Shown piece after piece: positions 1 through 14,327 of a stretch of 64,000 nt of DNA. This stretch comes from Octopus vulgaris. Taxonomy: Eukaryota. Location of the stretch: assembly GCA_951406725.2 (NCBI GenBank), contig OX597818.1, positions 131,688,001 through 131,752,000 of the forward strand, written 5' to 3'. The position numbers were made by a program, and so were the translations under genes. The notes under the pieces are model-generated. The model ran no database searches and had not been told where the DNA came from. It saw only the letters and a program-made list of their open reading frames with translations. Positions within the stretch are counted from its first letter, which is position 1. Every line of letters begins with the position of its first letter.

Positions 1-2196
1 ATTTTCTTTATACTGCTGCTAAACTGAATAACATTGAATTCTTATAAGCAGTACTCACATTTTGATATCAAACTATCAAACACATAAAAATCAATTTCAA
101 AGCAAAATAATTTCAGAGTTTTGTAATGAATGTAGTTGTGTGATAGATATAGGTCTTTATGAACTTCAATGCAACAACCAAAGTGTGGTTTCAGGTTGAA
201 AGATTTTTAGCAAAATATAAAATGACATCAGTCTCATCATCATTAGTGATAGTTTCTAAAATGTTGCCCTTCATCCCTTTTCAATTCACCCAGCTATTGT
301 TACTTACCTTTTTTTTCCTTTTTTTCAGCTCAGCAACTGTACTCTTTCCTTCCTTATGTTCACAACAAATAACAGAAATATTAATTCATTTCTAAAATTG
401 TACTTATATAAGTGTTCCACCCACCTCAGTAAGTGAAGCTTTAAATGAACTACACAAATATCATTGAAACCTACTCTCTTCCACTTCAACAAAGTGTATA
501 GAAGGTCGGTATTCAACTAATCCTTCCTACTTTTGCCCTTCTTGTTCTATCATTTTTAATAATTTAATATTCTTGTAAAATTTAGCATTAAATGCCATAG
601 TATTTTTCATTATGAGCTATCATCACAAACCTTCTGTTATGGAAAGAATAAAAATACAAAGGTTCCAAACCAAAAAAAGGAATTACAATTGGATTAAGTA
701 TGATAAAAGTATACTGATGATTCTTACAAGAGACTTTCCAGAGAATATTTTAGCACAACTCAAAATAGTCATAAAAGCAAATGTAAAAGTACAAATTTCA
801 AAAAATAATTCAAAAAGGTAAAAAAAAATTTTCAAATAAAATATTTGATTTATCTAAATCAAATATCATTTATTCTAGTGGAATAACGATCTATTCCTGA
901 ATAAATGTTAAATTATGCTACCAAACTGACATGTTAGTATTTAAGATTTATTCATAAAATTTCAAGTTTTATGAAATTAATTTCTGTATTGATGTTTTAC
1001 TGATTCAAAAGTATCCATGGAGAACTTTTAAGAAAATAATAGGACAAAGATAGGAGAAAAATAAATTGTAAGGTATTGTTTTGCAACCTAATATTACATA
1101 CATTAACATGCTTACACGCACAAACACACATATATACACACATACACATATGCAAATGTAAATTTGAAATTTCCAAATAAATTTAATTTATTTTAGTATT
1201 TTTAATACAATTAAAATGTTGTAGAAAATTTTATTTCACTAAAGTGCTTCAACCCTTCATGGAAAGTACTTGCATACAAATGTAATTTCATAATTGGAAA
1301 TGTGTAAGTCCAACTGAGATAATTGATTGTGCCATTATGACATTAGAGAGAAAAGGATTAAATTAGCAAAGTGATCTGAGGAAAATGAGGTATGATTAAG
1401 ATTACTATAACTGCAAGATGTTAAAATATGTCAGCAATCTGAGACAATATATATATATATATATAGTATAAGAAAAGGAAAATTATAATGTGATTTTCAC
1501 AACTGACTTATAAGTGTCTCGTTTCATAGATGGATTTACTGAAGGTGGAAAAATCTTGAGATAAGCTATTTTGTGAGTTTATTTAAATGATAAGAGTTTA
1601 GAAGGAAAAGATTTTTAAAAAAAATAAAACCATTAGACTCATCAATAAACCATTACTTTTTCATTTCATTTAAATTTTTTTAAACCAGATGTGTGGTCTA
1701 ATTGTTTTGAGTTCTCAGATTTTTAATACTTTTGGAAAGATAACATTGATTAGTTTTAACTTTAAGGGATTAATCAGTATGCAGATAAAACACAATGAGC
1801 CAATGAGGAGACCTTTATGAGGTAGTTGATTTCTTGAAAAAATGATAGCCAAATTTCTATCAAATCATATATATATATACATACCATTAAAAAGTCTGAA
1901 GGACATATTGGATAATGTAGTCTGAGATAAGCAATGCCAGGAAAGACAGGATAGGCACATCTGAGATGCCTTTGATTATGAGTCTGCTCATTTAGGATTG
2001 ACTCAGGGCTAAAGGAAAACAGTATAAAACACAATGCGTTGACTCTAGTTTCAAAAGAGGGTTCAAGAGGTGACAAGCTAGCAGTCATCAGGACATAGCT
2101 CAAAATACTTTGTAGTATTTGTTCCAGCTCAGTGCTCTGCATTCACATCCCATGAAAGACAACTTTACATTTCATCTTTGCTAGGTTCATAAAATA

Positions 2197-2427
2197 TATT
2201 TCTTTACTACCCACAAGGGGCTAAACACAGAGGGGACAAACAAGGACAGACAAAAGGATTAAGTCGATTACATCGACCCCAGTGCATAACTGGTACTTAA
2301 TTTATTGACCCCAAAAGGATGAAAGGTAAAGTCGACCTCGGCGGAATTTGAACTCAGAACGTAACGGCAGACGAAATACCACAAAGCATTTCACCCGGCG
2401 TGCTAACGTTTCTGCCAGCTTGCCGCC
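2197..2427 (-). mobile_element. tRNA-derived SINE family A
   Basis: A/B-box head GGCAGAAACGTTAGC..GAGTTCAAATTCC and core GCCTTTCATCCTTTCGGGGTCGATAAA. TSD TAGGTTSATAAAATA. Confidence 0.9.
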
Positions 2428-3844
2428 TAGGTTGATAAAATAAGAACCATGCAAGATAAGTAAATTAACAGAATTGGTTAAAGTATCACACAAGATGTCT
2501 TGAAACATTTTCTCCATCTTTGTTCTGGTATTCTAAGTACTTGTGAGGCAGACTTAATCCACCACCAATTTAACAGCACCACTTAGTCCTTGGGTACCTT
2601 CAGTGATAGTCATTCTCTTGTAAGCATTCAGACTAGAGTTCTGATTTGAAAATAATTTAATTTCTGCCTCACAAGTCTTGGAGGCCCTGAAAAAATAAAT
2701 ATCAGAGGTGCTGCTCTCTTATCCCAGACCAAAAAATTAAAAAAAATTGTTATGCAGGACACAGAATCAAATGTTTCAGGCCTTTGTTCTTTGTCTGTAG
2801 GACATAAGAATTGATTTTATTACATGATGAGCAATTTATTGAAAACTCCTACCAGTAAATTAGTAAATTGCAACTGACATGAGATTGTTACTAGATATCT
2901 TGGTTTCCAAATTGTATTTTAGTTTCCTAGTCTTAATTCAATATCTGTTTTATGTCATGTTTATCTGTAGGAGATCAAAACTCATCACATTTTAAATGAT
3001 ATACATATATTGAAGGAATCCGGGTTACCTAATTAAATGACTTTTTTATGTTTTTTTTTTTTTCAATGGCTTTAAAGTTTTAGCTGTATAGTCAAGCCCT
3101 ACAGAGTTAAAAGTTTATTTACATGTTAAATATTGTAAACTTATTGCTTCTGCCTTATTCATTTTCATAATAAATACTATAATATTATTTACTGAAATAT
3201 CACCAATGTTATTAGTGGTCTTATGATTATCAATTTACTTCAATAAACATCAAATTTTTAAATACACTAAAATCTGATTTTCTGATTATTCTTTGTGAAA
3301 ATACTGACAGAATGTGTTTCATATCCATGTTCTTTATTTACCACATTGGTACAACGAATATTAGCAGTTTGCAGATGTTATCCAATTGCAAAATAAATAC
3401 AACTTGAATCTATTTTATAGCCTTTATATAAAACATTTCTTCTCCAGAGCAAATAAAAACACTTAATACCTAAGTATATGTCTGAATTCTATGATACACA
3501 TGTTCAACATCTTAAACAGTAAACTGATAGACAGATGGCAATAGAACAGGAGCTCTAGACACTAAATACTGAGAGAAATTCATTGATATAAACTTTGATG
3601 TTCTACAATTTTACAGCTGATATGAACTGGCAATAGTAGTTTTCGTTGCAGTGGTGAATATGATGCAGAAACAAAGATTATAAATAAAGCAACAATAGAA
3701 TCACAATAGAACTGAACCCAAAATCACATAGCTTGGAAGCGAATTTCTTAATCACACAGCCAGGTGTATTTTAATTAATTCATTTATTGTTGCTTATAAG
3801 CTTGACTTGTAATTGAAATTTGTCACATATTTGTAAGCATGAAT

Positions 3845-4005
3845 AGGCGTAGGAGTGGCTGTGTGGGAAGTAGCTTGCTTATGAACCACATGTTCCGGGT
3901 TCAGTCCCACTGTGTAGCACCTTGGGCAAATGTCTTACTACAGCCTTGGGCCAACCAAAGCTTTGTGAGTGGATTTGGTAGATGGAAACTGAAAGAAGCC
4001 TGTCG

Positions 4006-4038
<33 letters not shown>

Positions 4039-4246
4039 GTTTGTTTGTGAGTCTGTGTTTGTCCCCCCAACATCGCTCAACAGCCAATGCTGGTGTGTTT
4101 ATGTCCCCATAACTTAGTGGTTCGGCAAAAGGGACCAATAGAATAAGTACTAGGCGTACAAAGAATAAGTCCTGTGGTCGATTTGCTCAACTAAAGGCGG
4201 TGCTCCAGCATGGCCGCAGTCAAATGACTGAAAGAAGTAAAAGAGT
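3845..4246 (+). mobile_element. SINE family B (tRNA head, CORE-like CCTTGGGCAAG, internal TA/TG microsatellite, GCTCCAGCATGGCCGCAG tail)
   Basis: Full-length copy of the most abundant repeat in the window. Confidence 0.9.
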
Positions 4247-4774
4247 GCACGTTAGTGTGTATGTGTAGATGGAGTAAAACAATATGAAATAAGGCTTTTC
4301 TTATTTTCTCTTTGTGGTTCCTCAATTACTTATATCCAGCAACAAACATATACTTGATGTCTAGCATCTCTTCAAGCTACCTGATATTTTTTTCTTGCCC
4401 TCCTCTTACTACCAAAATTTCCAAGAATATCTCTTAACTTGTTTACAATTTCTGATTGTTTCTATCATCTGTTGTCTACTATATCATTCATCCACCCCCA
4501 CCGATATCATCCGACAGGTAGCTGGAACTTTGCTTCAACAGGCAGTTCATAGCAAGTTGTCATGTAGAAACTCCCTAAGTTATTCCCTATGTTATAGGTT
4601 TCTGTTTCCTCTTCCTTTTTCTTAGCATATACATCACTTAGAACTTCTCTGAACTTTTATGTAGTAGAATGATCTTTCTATGCCTTCCTTCTGCAGGTTA
4701 TCTTGTGTCTATTAGCCCATCTAGTTTTTATTCTAATGTCACTAATCACTGGTCTCAGTTCAGTGGTATATTTC

Positions 4775-5002
4775 GGCGAGCTGGCAGAAGCGTTAGCACG
4801 CCGGGCGAAATGCTTTGCAGTATTTCGTCTGCCGTTACGTTGTGAGTTCAAATTCCGCCGAGGTCGACTTTGCCTTTCATCCTTTCGGGGTCGATAAATT
4901 AAGCACCAGTTACGCACTGGGGTCGATATAATCGACTTAATACCTATGTCTGTCCTTGTTTGTCCCCTCTATGTTTAGCCCCTTGTGGGTAATAAAGAAA
5001 TA
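4775..5002 (+). mobile_element. SINE family A
   Basis: Same consensus. TSD GGTATATTTC at 4765-4774 and 5003-5012. Confidence 0.9.
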
Positions 5003-7481
5003 GGTATATTTCTCATACCAAAGTGTTTTATATATATGTAGTCAGAGGGTTCCTTCTACCCAACCCATGACTGTACACAGCACTAACATGGTAAGTATTA
5101 GTCTTGAAAACTCACTAGGGGATTTTCATTGTATTTGTGACCATCACAATTTTGGTATGGCTTTATAGGTTACATGCCCTTCCTACTTCATAGCATGAAC
5201 TGGTTTCATTTTATTATACCAGAAGCACTGGTTACATTTTCTGTCAGGACTAAAGTATTTTCTCTACACTTTGTCACTTTAATTCAGAATTTCTGCTGTC
5301 TCTAACAGTACATTCATTGTGGTTTGAGAAACCAATTACTATAGAATATCTATTTTGAATTTTGGATTTAAAATGTTGATGTTTGTGTTGGGGAAACTTA
5401 AACCATACACTTATATGCAAGTTACATTTGCTATGTATAGTTTTTAACTTTTAATTACACATATTTGCAAGTCTTGGTTCTTAGCTTATCAGTCTTGAAG
5501 GAAGGAAGATTAAGTGAAGCTTAGCATGACTTAAACTTTGATTTGTAAATCATTGAACCACTCAAATAGTAATCATGTGTAATCCACATATCTACCAATA
5601 AATTATCATAATGATCACTCCACTAAATGATAATGATGTTGATGATGATAACCATGATGCTGATAATGACAGTAATAGTAATGAGAGAGAATTTATCGGT
5701 AAAACTGTAATGTTTTTTAAACTCATAATCACCATCATGTTGATCAATATCGCTACTGCTCCATGATATCCCTTTTTAAATGTATCTGTGCATTATATAG
5801 ACCTAAAGGTAAGTCCTATGCATCAGTATATTCTTTAATTTATCAATAGAATAGGAAGATTTCATTGGGTTTTATTGGAATTATTCAATATTAGTTTCCA
5901 GATATTCTCCTTATGACATTCTTTCTAAGATAAAAACAAAAAACAAACACAAATCATAAACACAGGCTTGTACACACACACACACACTCACCCCCTACAC
6001 ACACAAACAGTTGTTTAAGAACAAGAGAAAAATCCAAGAATGCAAACTCTCTTCAAATTATATTTGTTCTTTATAATGTACTGTAATACTACTTGTAACT
6101 TGGAGGAAAGAATGAAAACCATTCCGTGTAAAAGCTATTCTGATATTTTCAGATCTTTTGTTTCTACCCTTTATTCAAATGAATTGAAATTGTTCGGAAA
6201 TGGCACTGATAAAATTTTTATTCTCTTTTCCTAATGTTTCTGTTGATTTTCGCGCCAGTATTTTTAGCTTCAATCATTATTCCCTAGGCTGGCTTTTATG
6301 AAAATTTACCAATAAGTTGGAGGTAATATATATATATTTTTTTTTATGTAATTACATGGTTAATTTCCAGATACTTCTGGAAATCTACAGGAGACGCGAT
6401 GTTGTGAATTAATGAAAATAAATGGTTTATGAGAGGAGTGAGTAATCACAAAAAACAGTGATTAAACCTAACATTATTGTCACCATTATTGGCTCGTAAC
6501 AATAAATTAAAAATTTTTTTCTTCATTATCTTAGATATTTAAAACATTATACCTTAGAATAAATAACTTGTTTCTCTTTTAGAAAAGTTCCTTCACTGTG
6601 GGTTATCAGCAACTACCATGGTAGACTACATTACCATAAACTAGATCTTCAAAATATCATTTTTAACTTATGATTTAAAAAAAAAAATCTAATCTTTTAT
6701 AATTTTTATTGGAATTTTACAGAGAATTCGAAGTGTCTTTATAATTGTTGCTTAGAATATTAGTTGTGAAGGGAAATTTTGAAGTTTATTGCATATAGGT
6801 TACTTTATCATGCTCATTGGTTCTCATTAACATCCTCATTTATCATGCATGTACACTGTCTTCATCACTGTTTTTCATGTCATATTTCCAAGTACATTTA
6901 TAATAGTTGGTTCTTTAAACCATGATAAATGTTATATCTAAATAAATAAAAAAGTGTTAACTTCAAACTGCTTTCAGTTTCTTTTAAGAAATTTCATTTT
7001 CTCTCTCCTATTTCATTTGACATGATATACATAATTAACTAGTCTGTTTCCTGTACAAATCAGAATTGGGTGAAGTAAAATACTATTTCTTCAAATTATG
7101 TGCATATGGATACATGTACACACTTGTATACATGTGCATATATTCTGTGTATGTATATATAATTATACAAGTATACATTATTATGTACTTGTATAATTTT
7201 ATATATATTTGTCTATATATATATATATATGTACACTTATGCACCTGTATGTATATGTGTGTGTGTGTATAATCACCAAGAATATGGAGACTAGTACATC
7301 TTCAATCTTTTCTTTCATTTTAATAGTTAATTATACAGCATAATTAGTTACAATGACTGACATGTGTTTCTGCTACATAGAGTATGTGCAGGTGTGTATG
7401 CAACCTGCAATATTCTGCGAGGCACCTTCATTCAGGGTTTCCACAAGCATGATGTGTGTGTGTGCATGCACATGCGCATGT

Positions 7482-7832
7482 GTGAAGGCACATGTCTCAG
7501 TGGCTGGGGGGCACTGGGCTCACAATCATGAGGTTGTGAGTTTGATTCCTGGACTGGGCTATATGTTGTGTACTTGAGCAAGACACTTTATTTCACATTG
7601 CCTCAGTTCACTCAGTTGCAGAAATGAGTTGTGATGTCACAGGTGTCGAGTTGCATTAGCCTTTGCCTTTCTCTTGCATAACATCGGTGGTGTGGAGAGT
7701 GGAGGCTGGTAAGCATGGGCAACTCTGGTCTACTATAAACAACCTTGCCCAGACTTGTGACTTGGAGTGTAACTTTTTAGGTGCAGTCCCATGATCATTT
7801 ATGACCAAAGGAGGTCTTTCCCGTTTTACCTT
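7482..7832 (+). mobile_element. SINE family C (tRNA head, CORE-like TTGAGCAAGACACTTT)
   Basis: Homologous to 33172-33512. Confidence 0.8.
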
Positions 7833-7855
7833 TATATATATATATATATATATAT

Positions 7856-8092
7856 GAATAAATAAATGGAGTTTAACACAGGTGTAAATCAAATATTTTT
7901 ACTTTCGACACATGTTTCGAAAATTCCACTGAATAAATGGTGTAAACAATGCAATCTTCTCTTCAGGAAAGTGAAAAAAAAACGAAACTCGTCAATAAGA
8001 CATTTTAGCAAAAAATTATGGATTTGTATAGCAATTGACTGAACGCTACTAATATTGTTTAAAAAAACGTTAACAAGGTAAAAATACACTCA

Positions 8093-8094
<2 letters not shown>
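7856..8094 (-). mobile_element. (TA)n-embedded solo pLTR-like module carrying a hammerhead
   Basis: ~240 bp of unique sequence between two (TA)n runs, containing the hammerhead at 7901-7972. Confidence 0.65.
7901..7972 (-). ncRNA. Canonical minimal type I hammerhead ribozyme
   Basis: ACUUUC-CUGAAGA-GAAGAUU..AAUUUUC-GAAA-CAUGUG-UC-GAAAGU. Stem I is a perfect 6 bp, stem II has at least 7 bp, the core is intact, the site is GUC and stem III is short and palindromic. Confidence 0.85.
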
Positions 8095-8152
<58 letters not shown>

Positions 8153-8682
8153 GGAAATGAATAATTATTTGGAGATAAGTGGTATTTGAACAACAAATAG
8201 TAAGGCTATAATAAATAACATACAAAATATACAAAATTATCTGTTTCTAGCAATAGTAAACCAATCAGACTTTTGTAGATATTTAGGGATTGCACACCTG
8301 TAGAATAAATAATACCTGTGATCACTAAAATTAACTTAACTAACTGAATTACCAGTCTATATTGTGTTTTACAAACAATAACACACCATACCTTACATTT
8401 TTGTAGACATTACAAGATTCTACAATGTTTCTTTTTTTTATCTACATTGTGTGTAACAGCCAATGACAGAAGTAGAAATGAAAGTGTCACATGATTTAAG
8501 AGTACATGATATCTTGTTATAGCATGTTAAAAGTTTTCAGTTGTTGACTACTGAACAAGAAAATTAATAAGAAATTACAGCAGTAGGCATTTGATCCTAT
8601 TTTCAAAATTTGCTTTTTTTTTTTTCTTTTGCAATTATAAGGAATTGCTGTTTTATTAACAATTAAAAAATTTCAACAGGTT

Positions 8683-8957
8683 TAATAATAATAATAATAA
8701 AACATTGTGTACAGTGCTCAGGTGCACTACAACTCATCTAAAGTGTATATATAATCAGGTGTAGTTTCGGCGGATTTCGGAAAGCATGAGGGCCTTTAAA
8801 GGATGCAGTGTCATGGCAGTCAACAACTGACGCAGGCAGTTTATTCCATGCTTCAGCAACTCTGGGCATGAAAAAATGTTTCCGAAAGTCATGGGAGCTG
8901 TGTTGTTTTCTGACTTTGTAGGCATGTCCACGTGTGTTAGACACATGGAGATCAAAA
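8683..8957 (-). mobile_element. 3' fragment of a second CR1-like LINE
   Basis: SNTRGHAYKV..RKHFF..RVAEAWNKLPASVV and a (TTA)n tail. Confidence 0.85.
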
Positions 8958-9035
8958 AGGTTTATAAACCATCTTCAAACAAGTACATCATATTTACCAT
9001 ATTATCAAGTGAAAAGAATGTCAATCAGGTGTATA

Positions 9036-11128
9036 CTCTTTACTCTTTTACTCTTTTACTTGTTTCAGTCATTTAACTGCGACCATGCTGGAGCACCACC
9101 TTTAGTCGAGCAACTCGACCCCGGGACTTATTCTTTTTGTAAGCCCAGTACTTATTCTATCAGTCTCATTTTGCCGAACCGCTAAGTGACGGGGATGTAA
9201 ACACACCAGCATCGGTTAGTTAGTTAGTTAGTTAGTTAGTTAATTTGGCTCAAAAGCAAATAGCAAGGTCATGTAGGGGGACATGGAGTTAAGTACAGGG
9301 TGGTGTTCATGTAAAGAGTTCAGGCCACTTGAGGTCCAGGGAGGCTTTGAACAAAGCGGTCGTCGGCATCTTCACCATCTCGTCTGGCAGCTTGTTCCAC
9401 GGATCCGCAACCCGGACGGAGAAAGCTCCTCTCCTTCGATTGAGATGAAATCGTCGCAGGTAGAGCTTTTCGGAATGACCCCGCAGCCGACGCTCCAGAG
9501 CAGGAGTGAAGAACAGCTCTTTCGAGAGGTTACACTTCCCGCTTATGATGTTGTGGGCGAGAATGAGATCACCACGGCGGCGGCATTTTTCAAGAGAACA
9601 AAGGTCGAGCGTCCTCAGCCTTTCTTCGTAGGACAAATTTTTGAGACCATGAACCATGCGGCGGGTAGCCAGCCTCTGGACTCTTTCGAGGTGCTGTATG
9701 TCTTTGAGGAGATAAGGAGAAGAGGCTTGAATCCCATACTCCAATATGGGTCTCACCAGCGTGACATAGAGTGGCAGGAATATGGCTGCTGTGAGCATTC
9801 TGAATGACCGTCGAATCAAAAACAGAATTCCGCGCGCTTTGTTGGCAGCATGGACGCACTGGGCCGAAGGCGAAAAGGAGGAATCCACCAAGATACCCAG
9901 GTCCTTTACCTGATCAGTCCTCTCCAGCAGCAGACGACCCGGCTAGAAATCAAGTTGAGTTGCAGGAGTAGAATGACAGGCAGATGACAGCACTTTGACA
10001 CGTTCAGACACAGGTCCCAATCGTTAGACCACTTCCAAATTTGGTGGAGGCATCGACGAAGATCCTCTATACTACCGCGAGGAGCGACCAGTTTGATATT
10101 GTTGGCAAATAGAAGGGTGTGTTGCGTGAGGTCGTCGGGCAAGTCATTTATGAAGACTAAGAACAACAAGGGCCCAAGCACTGAACCTTGAGGCACGCCA
10201 CTGCTCGCACTGGAGACATCGGACCGTGAACCATTAACTTGAACTTGGAAGGAGTGATCTGAGAGGAAGGCATCAACCCATCGTACAATATCCAAATGGA
10301 AACTATATGCTTGAAGCTTGACAAGTAGTAGGCGGTGGTTTACCGAGTCAAAAGCTTTGGCAAAGTCCAATAAAACGATGTCAACAGCATCACTATCATC
10401 GAGGATGCGCGTCACCAATTCTTCCATTACTAGTAAGTTGGTCAAGCATGATCTCTTCGGCACGAAGCCGTGTTGGGAATCAGTGATCGAGGCTGTGTTT
10501 AGGAGGGGGAGCATCATACTTTTCTTAAGGATGGTTTCGAACATCTTGCTGATTATTGATGTAAGGGAAACCGGTCGGTAGTTAAGCGGGTCTTCGCGGC
10601 TCCCTTTCTTGAAAATTAGGCAGATTATCGCTGTTCTCCAGTCTGCAGGTATAACACCCGTCGCCAATGACATATTGAATAGTCGTGTTAAGGGCTCGCA
10701 GATGACCGGAGCCAACGCTTTGATAACCCGTGGGTGTATGCCGTCAGGGCCGTGACCCTTGTTGACATCGAGGCCTTGAATAACCCGTTTGACTTGGTCC
10801 CGCGTGATGATCAATCGAAGCATTGGAGGTACCGATCTATCAAATGGAGGGGGTTCACGACCATCATCTTGTTTGAAAATAGTTGAAAAAGCCTCGGTTG
10901 TCAAGCAATGCTCGGGGGACAAACACAGACACACACACACACATATATATATACATACATATATACGACAGGCTTCTTTCAGTTTCCGTCTACCAAATCC
11001 ACTCACAAGGCTTTGGTCGGCCCGGGCTATAGTAGAAGACACTTGCCCAAGGTGGCATGCAGTGGGACTGAACCCGAAACCATGTGGTTGGTTAGTAAGC
11101 TACTTACCACACAGCCACCCCTGCGCCT
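9036..11128 (-). mobile_element. SINE B split by the CR1-like LINE
   Basis: Tail half 9036-9217 and head half 10894-11128 are contiguous in the consensus. Confidence 0.9.
9218..10893 (-). mobile_element. 5'-truncated CR1/L2-group LINE inserted into a SINE
   Basis: RT motifs NYRPVSLTS, QHGF, DFAKAFDSV, GVPQGSVLGP. C-terminus LERVQRLATR..RGH..WNKLP. (TAAC)n tail at 9218-9243. TSD TCGGTT at 9212-9217 and 10894-10899. Frameshift near 9950 and FADD mutated to FANN. Confidence 0.92.
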
Positions 11129-13557
11129 ATATAAGTCAATGTTAAAAAGAAGATGATGATGATAATGACAGTGATAAATATTTCTGAATACATGTGTCAT
11201 CAAAATCTAAATTGTCAGGGTTATTAGTTTCTAAACTTTGAGTTTTGAAGACTTGCTGCTGGTCTGTCCACACTATCATTCCCATAAATATGCTCAAATC
11301 GCTAATGGTATCTGAGAGGAACTCATTTTCAGCTGCAGTAAATCCATTGATTGCATGTTGCTTTAAATATTCCAAAATGCCATATGAACATTCCTTCTAT
11401 ATCTACTCATTCCAGCTATATTGTTTCCACATGGCAGAGTTATGGTCAATGGATGAAGGAACATTGTGCATAAGCACAGCTTGTTGTATAGATATACTTT
11501 AATATCATGATATATTTTGAAATAATTTTTAGTAATCATTCATATTTCAAAGTAATCCTCATAACAAAGTAGTTTGCTGAAAATTAATATTACACCAATA
11601 ACTCTGTTCTTCCTCTCATACTTTTGTTTCTCTTACCATCTCACTGCAAGCACAAACTTTGTTATTATCCTCACTTCTAGTTTCCTTCTTTGAGTAGTGG
11701 GGGATGCCTTTTAATCATGTGAAGTACAATTAAACCTCACTAGTGCTGGTGTCACAATAAAATGCACCTAGTACACTCTGCAAAGTGGATGGTTTTAGGA
11801 GTGGCTTCCAACTTTGGAAACCATGCCAAAAACTGAGACAAGCAGGTGAAGCATGGTCCTCTGACCTATGTAAGAAGGTTGTAACTTCAAATAAAAATTA
11901 TGATTGTGACAACCTGTTTAACCTATGTTAGAACATAATAAAAAATTTTTTTTAAACATGTGAAAATGATTTATGCATATCTTTTGTACATAGTTTCAAA
12001 CATAGATCTCACTGTTTTAGAAAGATCCAGTTAACTATTTAAAACTGTTTTTGTGTGTAGGATACATTGTCAAAGATTTAAAAGTTTTGTGCGTCAACCC
12101 ATCTCCCATTTAATTTTTTTCTCTGGATTTAGTTATCAGAAGCACCCAGCTGATTCCTGTTCCTGGCTCCCAAACCCACTCACAAGGCTTTGGTCAGCCT
12201 GGGGTTATAAAAGAATATACTTGCTCAGGGTGTCACAGTGGGATTGAATCCAGAACCGTGTGATTAGGAAGTAAACCTCATGCATACACCTATATAGACA
12301 CACAAGCATTTTGGTTATAAAATGCAAGTTCATGCCAAACTATCATTACTGTAAACTATATAACTGTGCTTACAACTACACAACAGTAACATCATAACTT
12401 TTACCATACAGATTAGAAGACCTAATTTAATTAGCTAATATTATTTATACCAGCTACCTGTCAACGAGGAAAGATACACTTTGACATTGGGAAAGATAGA
12501 CAGAATCACTGCCAGGAATCCAACAATGTGTCTGTTTAACCTTATTTGATATATAAGGAACTTTTATTCACAGCTCCATTTGCAATGTAACAGCTGCTTA
12601 AATTCTTATTTTCAAATTCCTCAATGCTTAAAGCAAACTAGTGCCAAACCAATTACATGTATACATCATTTAGTATAAAACTGCCTTTCTATTTTGTATA
12701 TTCCCACTCAGTCAAGGAGGCATTTTAACCTTACTGTAGCTGGTGCCATGAAAATAGCACCTTGTACACTGTAAAGCTGGTATTAGGAAATGCATCCAGT
12801 TGTGGAAATTAAGACAATGCAGAGATTAGATCCTATTAAACCATCCAACCCATGCCGGCATGGAAGACATTAAATGAGAATGGTATATACATATATATAT
12901 TCTTTTATTCTTTTACTTGTTTCAATCATTTGACTGTATCCATGCTGGAGTATTGCTTTGAAATGTTTTTGCCAAACAATTGAACCTCTGGACTTATTTT
13001 GAAGCCTAAAACCTATTCTATTGGTCTCTTTGCCGAACCACTAAGTTACAGCGATGTAAACATTGACACAAATATATATATATATATATGACTGGGCCTG
13101 ATGAAGCCTTCAAGCTTCACAGACCCCAGTTGAACCGTCCAACCCATGCTAGCATGGAGAACGGACGCTAAATGATGATGATGATGATGATGATGATATA
13201 TACAAGATGAGAAAATGGAGAAACACATCTAAATCAAATATCAATTACCAGATAATACTCAATCACATACTTTATTAAACCACCACATAAGAGACTGTAG
13301 GGTTAAATATAACAAGCAGAACAAATCAGTGCACATAAAGGAATGTACATAAAAAAGTGTACATAAAAGAGTAATGTTGTATAATAATTAGAATATATAT
13401 AAAAAAGACTATAAATACAAGTAAATATAAATATAAGCATACATTAGATCTTACAGCTGTTTTGGCCATGTCGATAATTATGTCTCATTTTACCAATATT
13501 AGCCCTTTATGGTTGGTCAATATATAGATATAAATGAGACATTTGTATATATGTATG

Positions 13558-13619
<62 letters not shown>

Positions 13620-13804
13620 AGACTTCTTTCAATTTCCATCTACCAAATTCACTCACAAGGCTTTGGTCAACCCGAGGATATAGTAGAAGACACTTGCCCA
13701 AGGTGCCCCATGCAATGGGACTGAATCCAGAATCACGGTTGAGATTCTTACAACACTGTCATGCCTGTGCCTATATATCTATATATATATATATATATAC
13801 ACAC

Positions 13805-14027
13805 TTTTTTACGTGTTTCAGTCATTTGACTGTGGCCATGCTGGAGCATCACCTTTAGTCGAGCAAATCGACCCCAGGACTTATCATTTGAAAGCCTAGT
13901 ACTTATTCTATCAGTCAATTTTGCCGAACTGCTAAGTTACGGGGACGTAACCACACCAGCATTGGTTATCAAGCGATGTTGGGGGGACAAACACAGACAC
14001 GCAAACATTTACACACACATACATATA

Positions 14028-14087
<60 letters not shown>

Positions 14088-14104
14088 CATATATATATAT
14101 ATAC

Positions 14105-14135
<31 letters not shown>

Positions 14136-14327
14136 CATATATATGTATATATACACATATATACGATGGCCTTCTTTCGGTTTCTGTCTACCAAATCCGC
14201 TCACAAGGCTTTGGTCGGCCCGAGGCTATGGTAGAAGACACTTGCCCAAGGTGCCACGCAGTGGAACTGAAGTCGGAACCATGCAGTTCGTAAGCAAGCT
14301 ACTTACCACATAGCCACTCCTACGCCT
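13805..14327 (-). mobile_element. SINE B (partial copies adjacent at ~12900-13070 and 13620-13772)
   Basis: Consensus match with an expanded internal (TA) tract. Confidence 0.9.

Noticed and set aside
11142-11640. Possible exon or pogo-like HTH remnant (SIQQAVLMHNVP.., FTAAENEFL..) on the minus strand
   Set aside because: Broken by stops and frame changes, with no TIRs or DDE domain seen. Similarity is too weak without a profile search.
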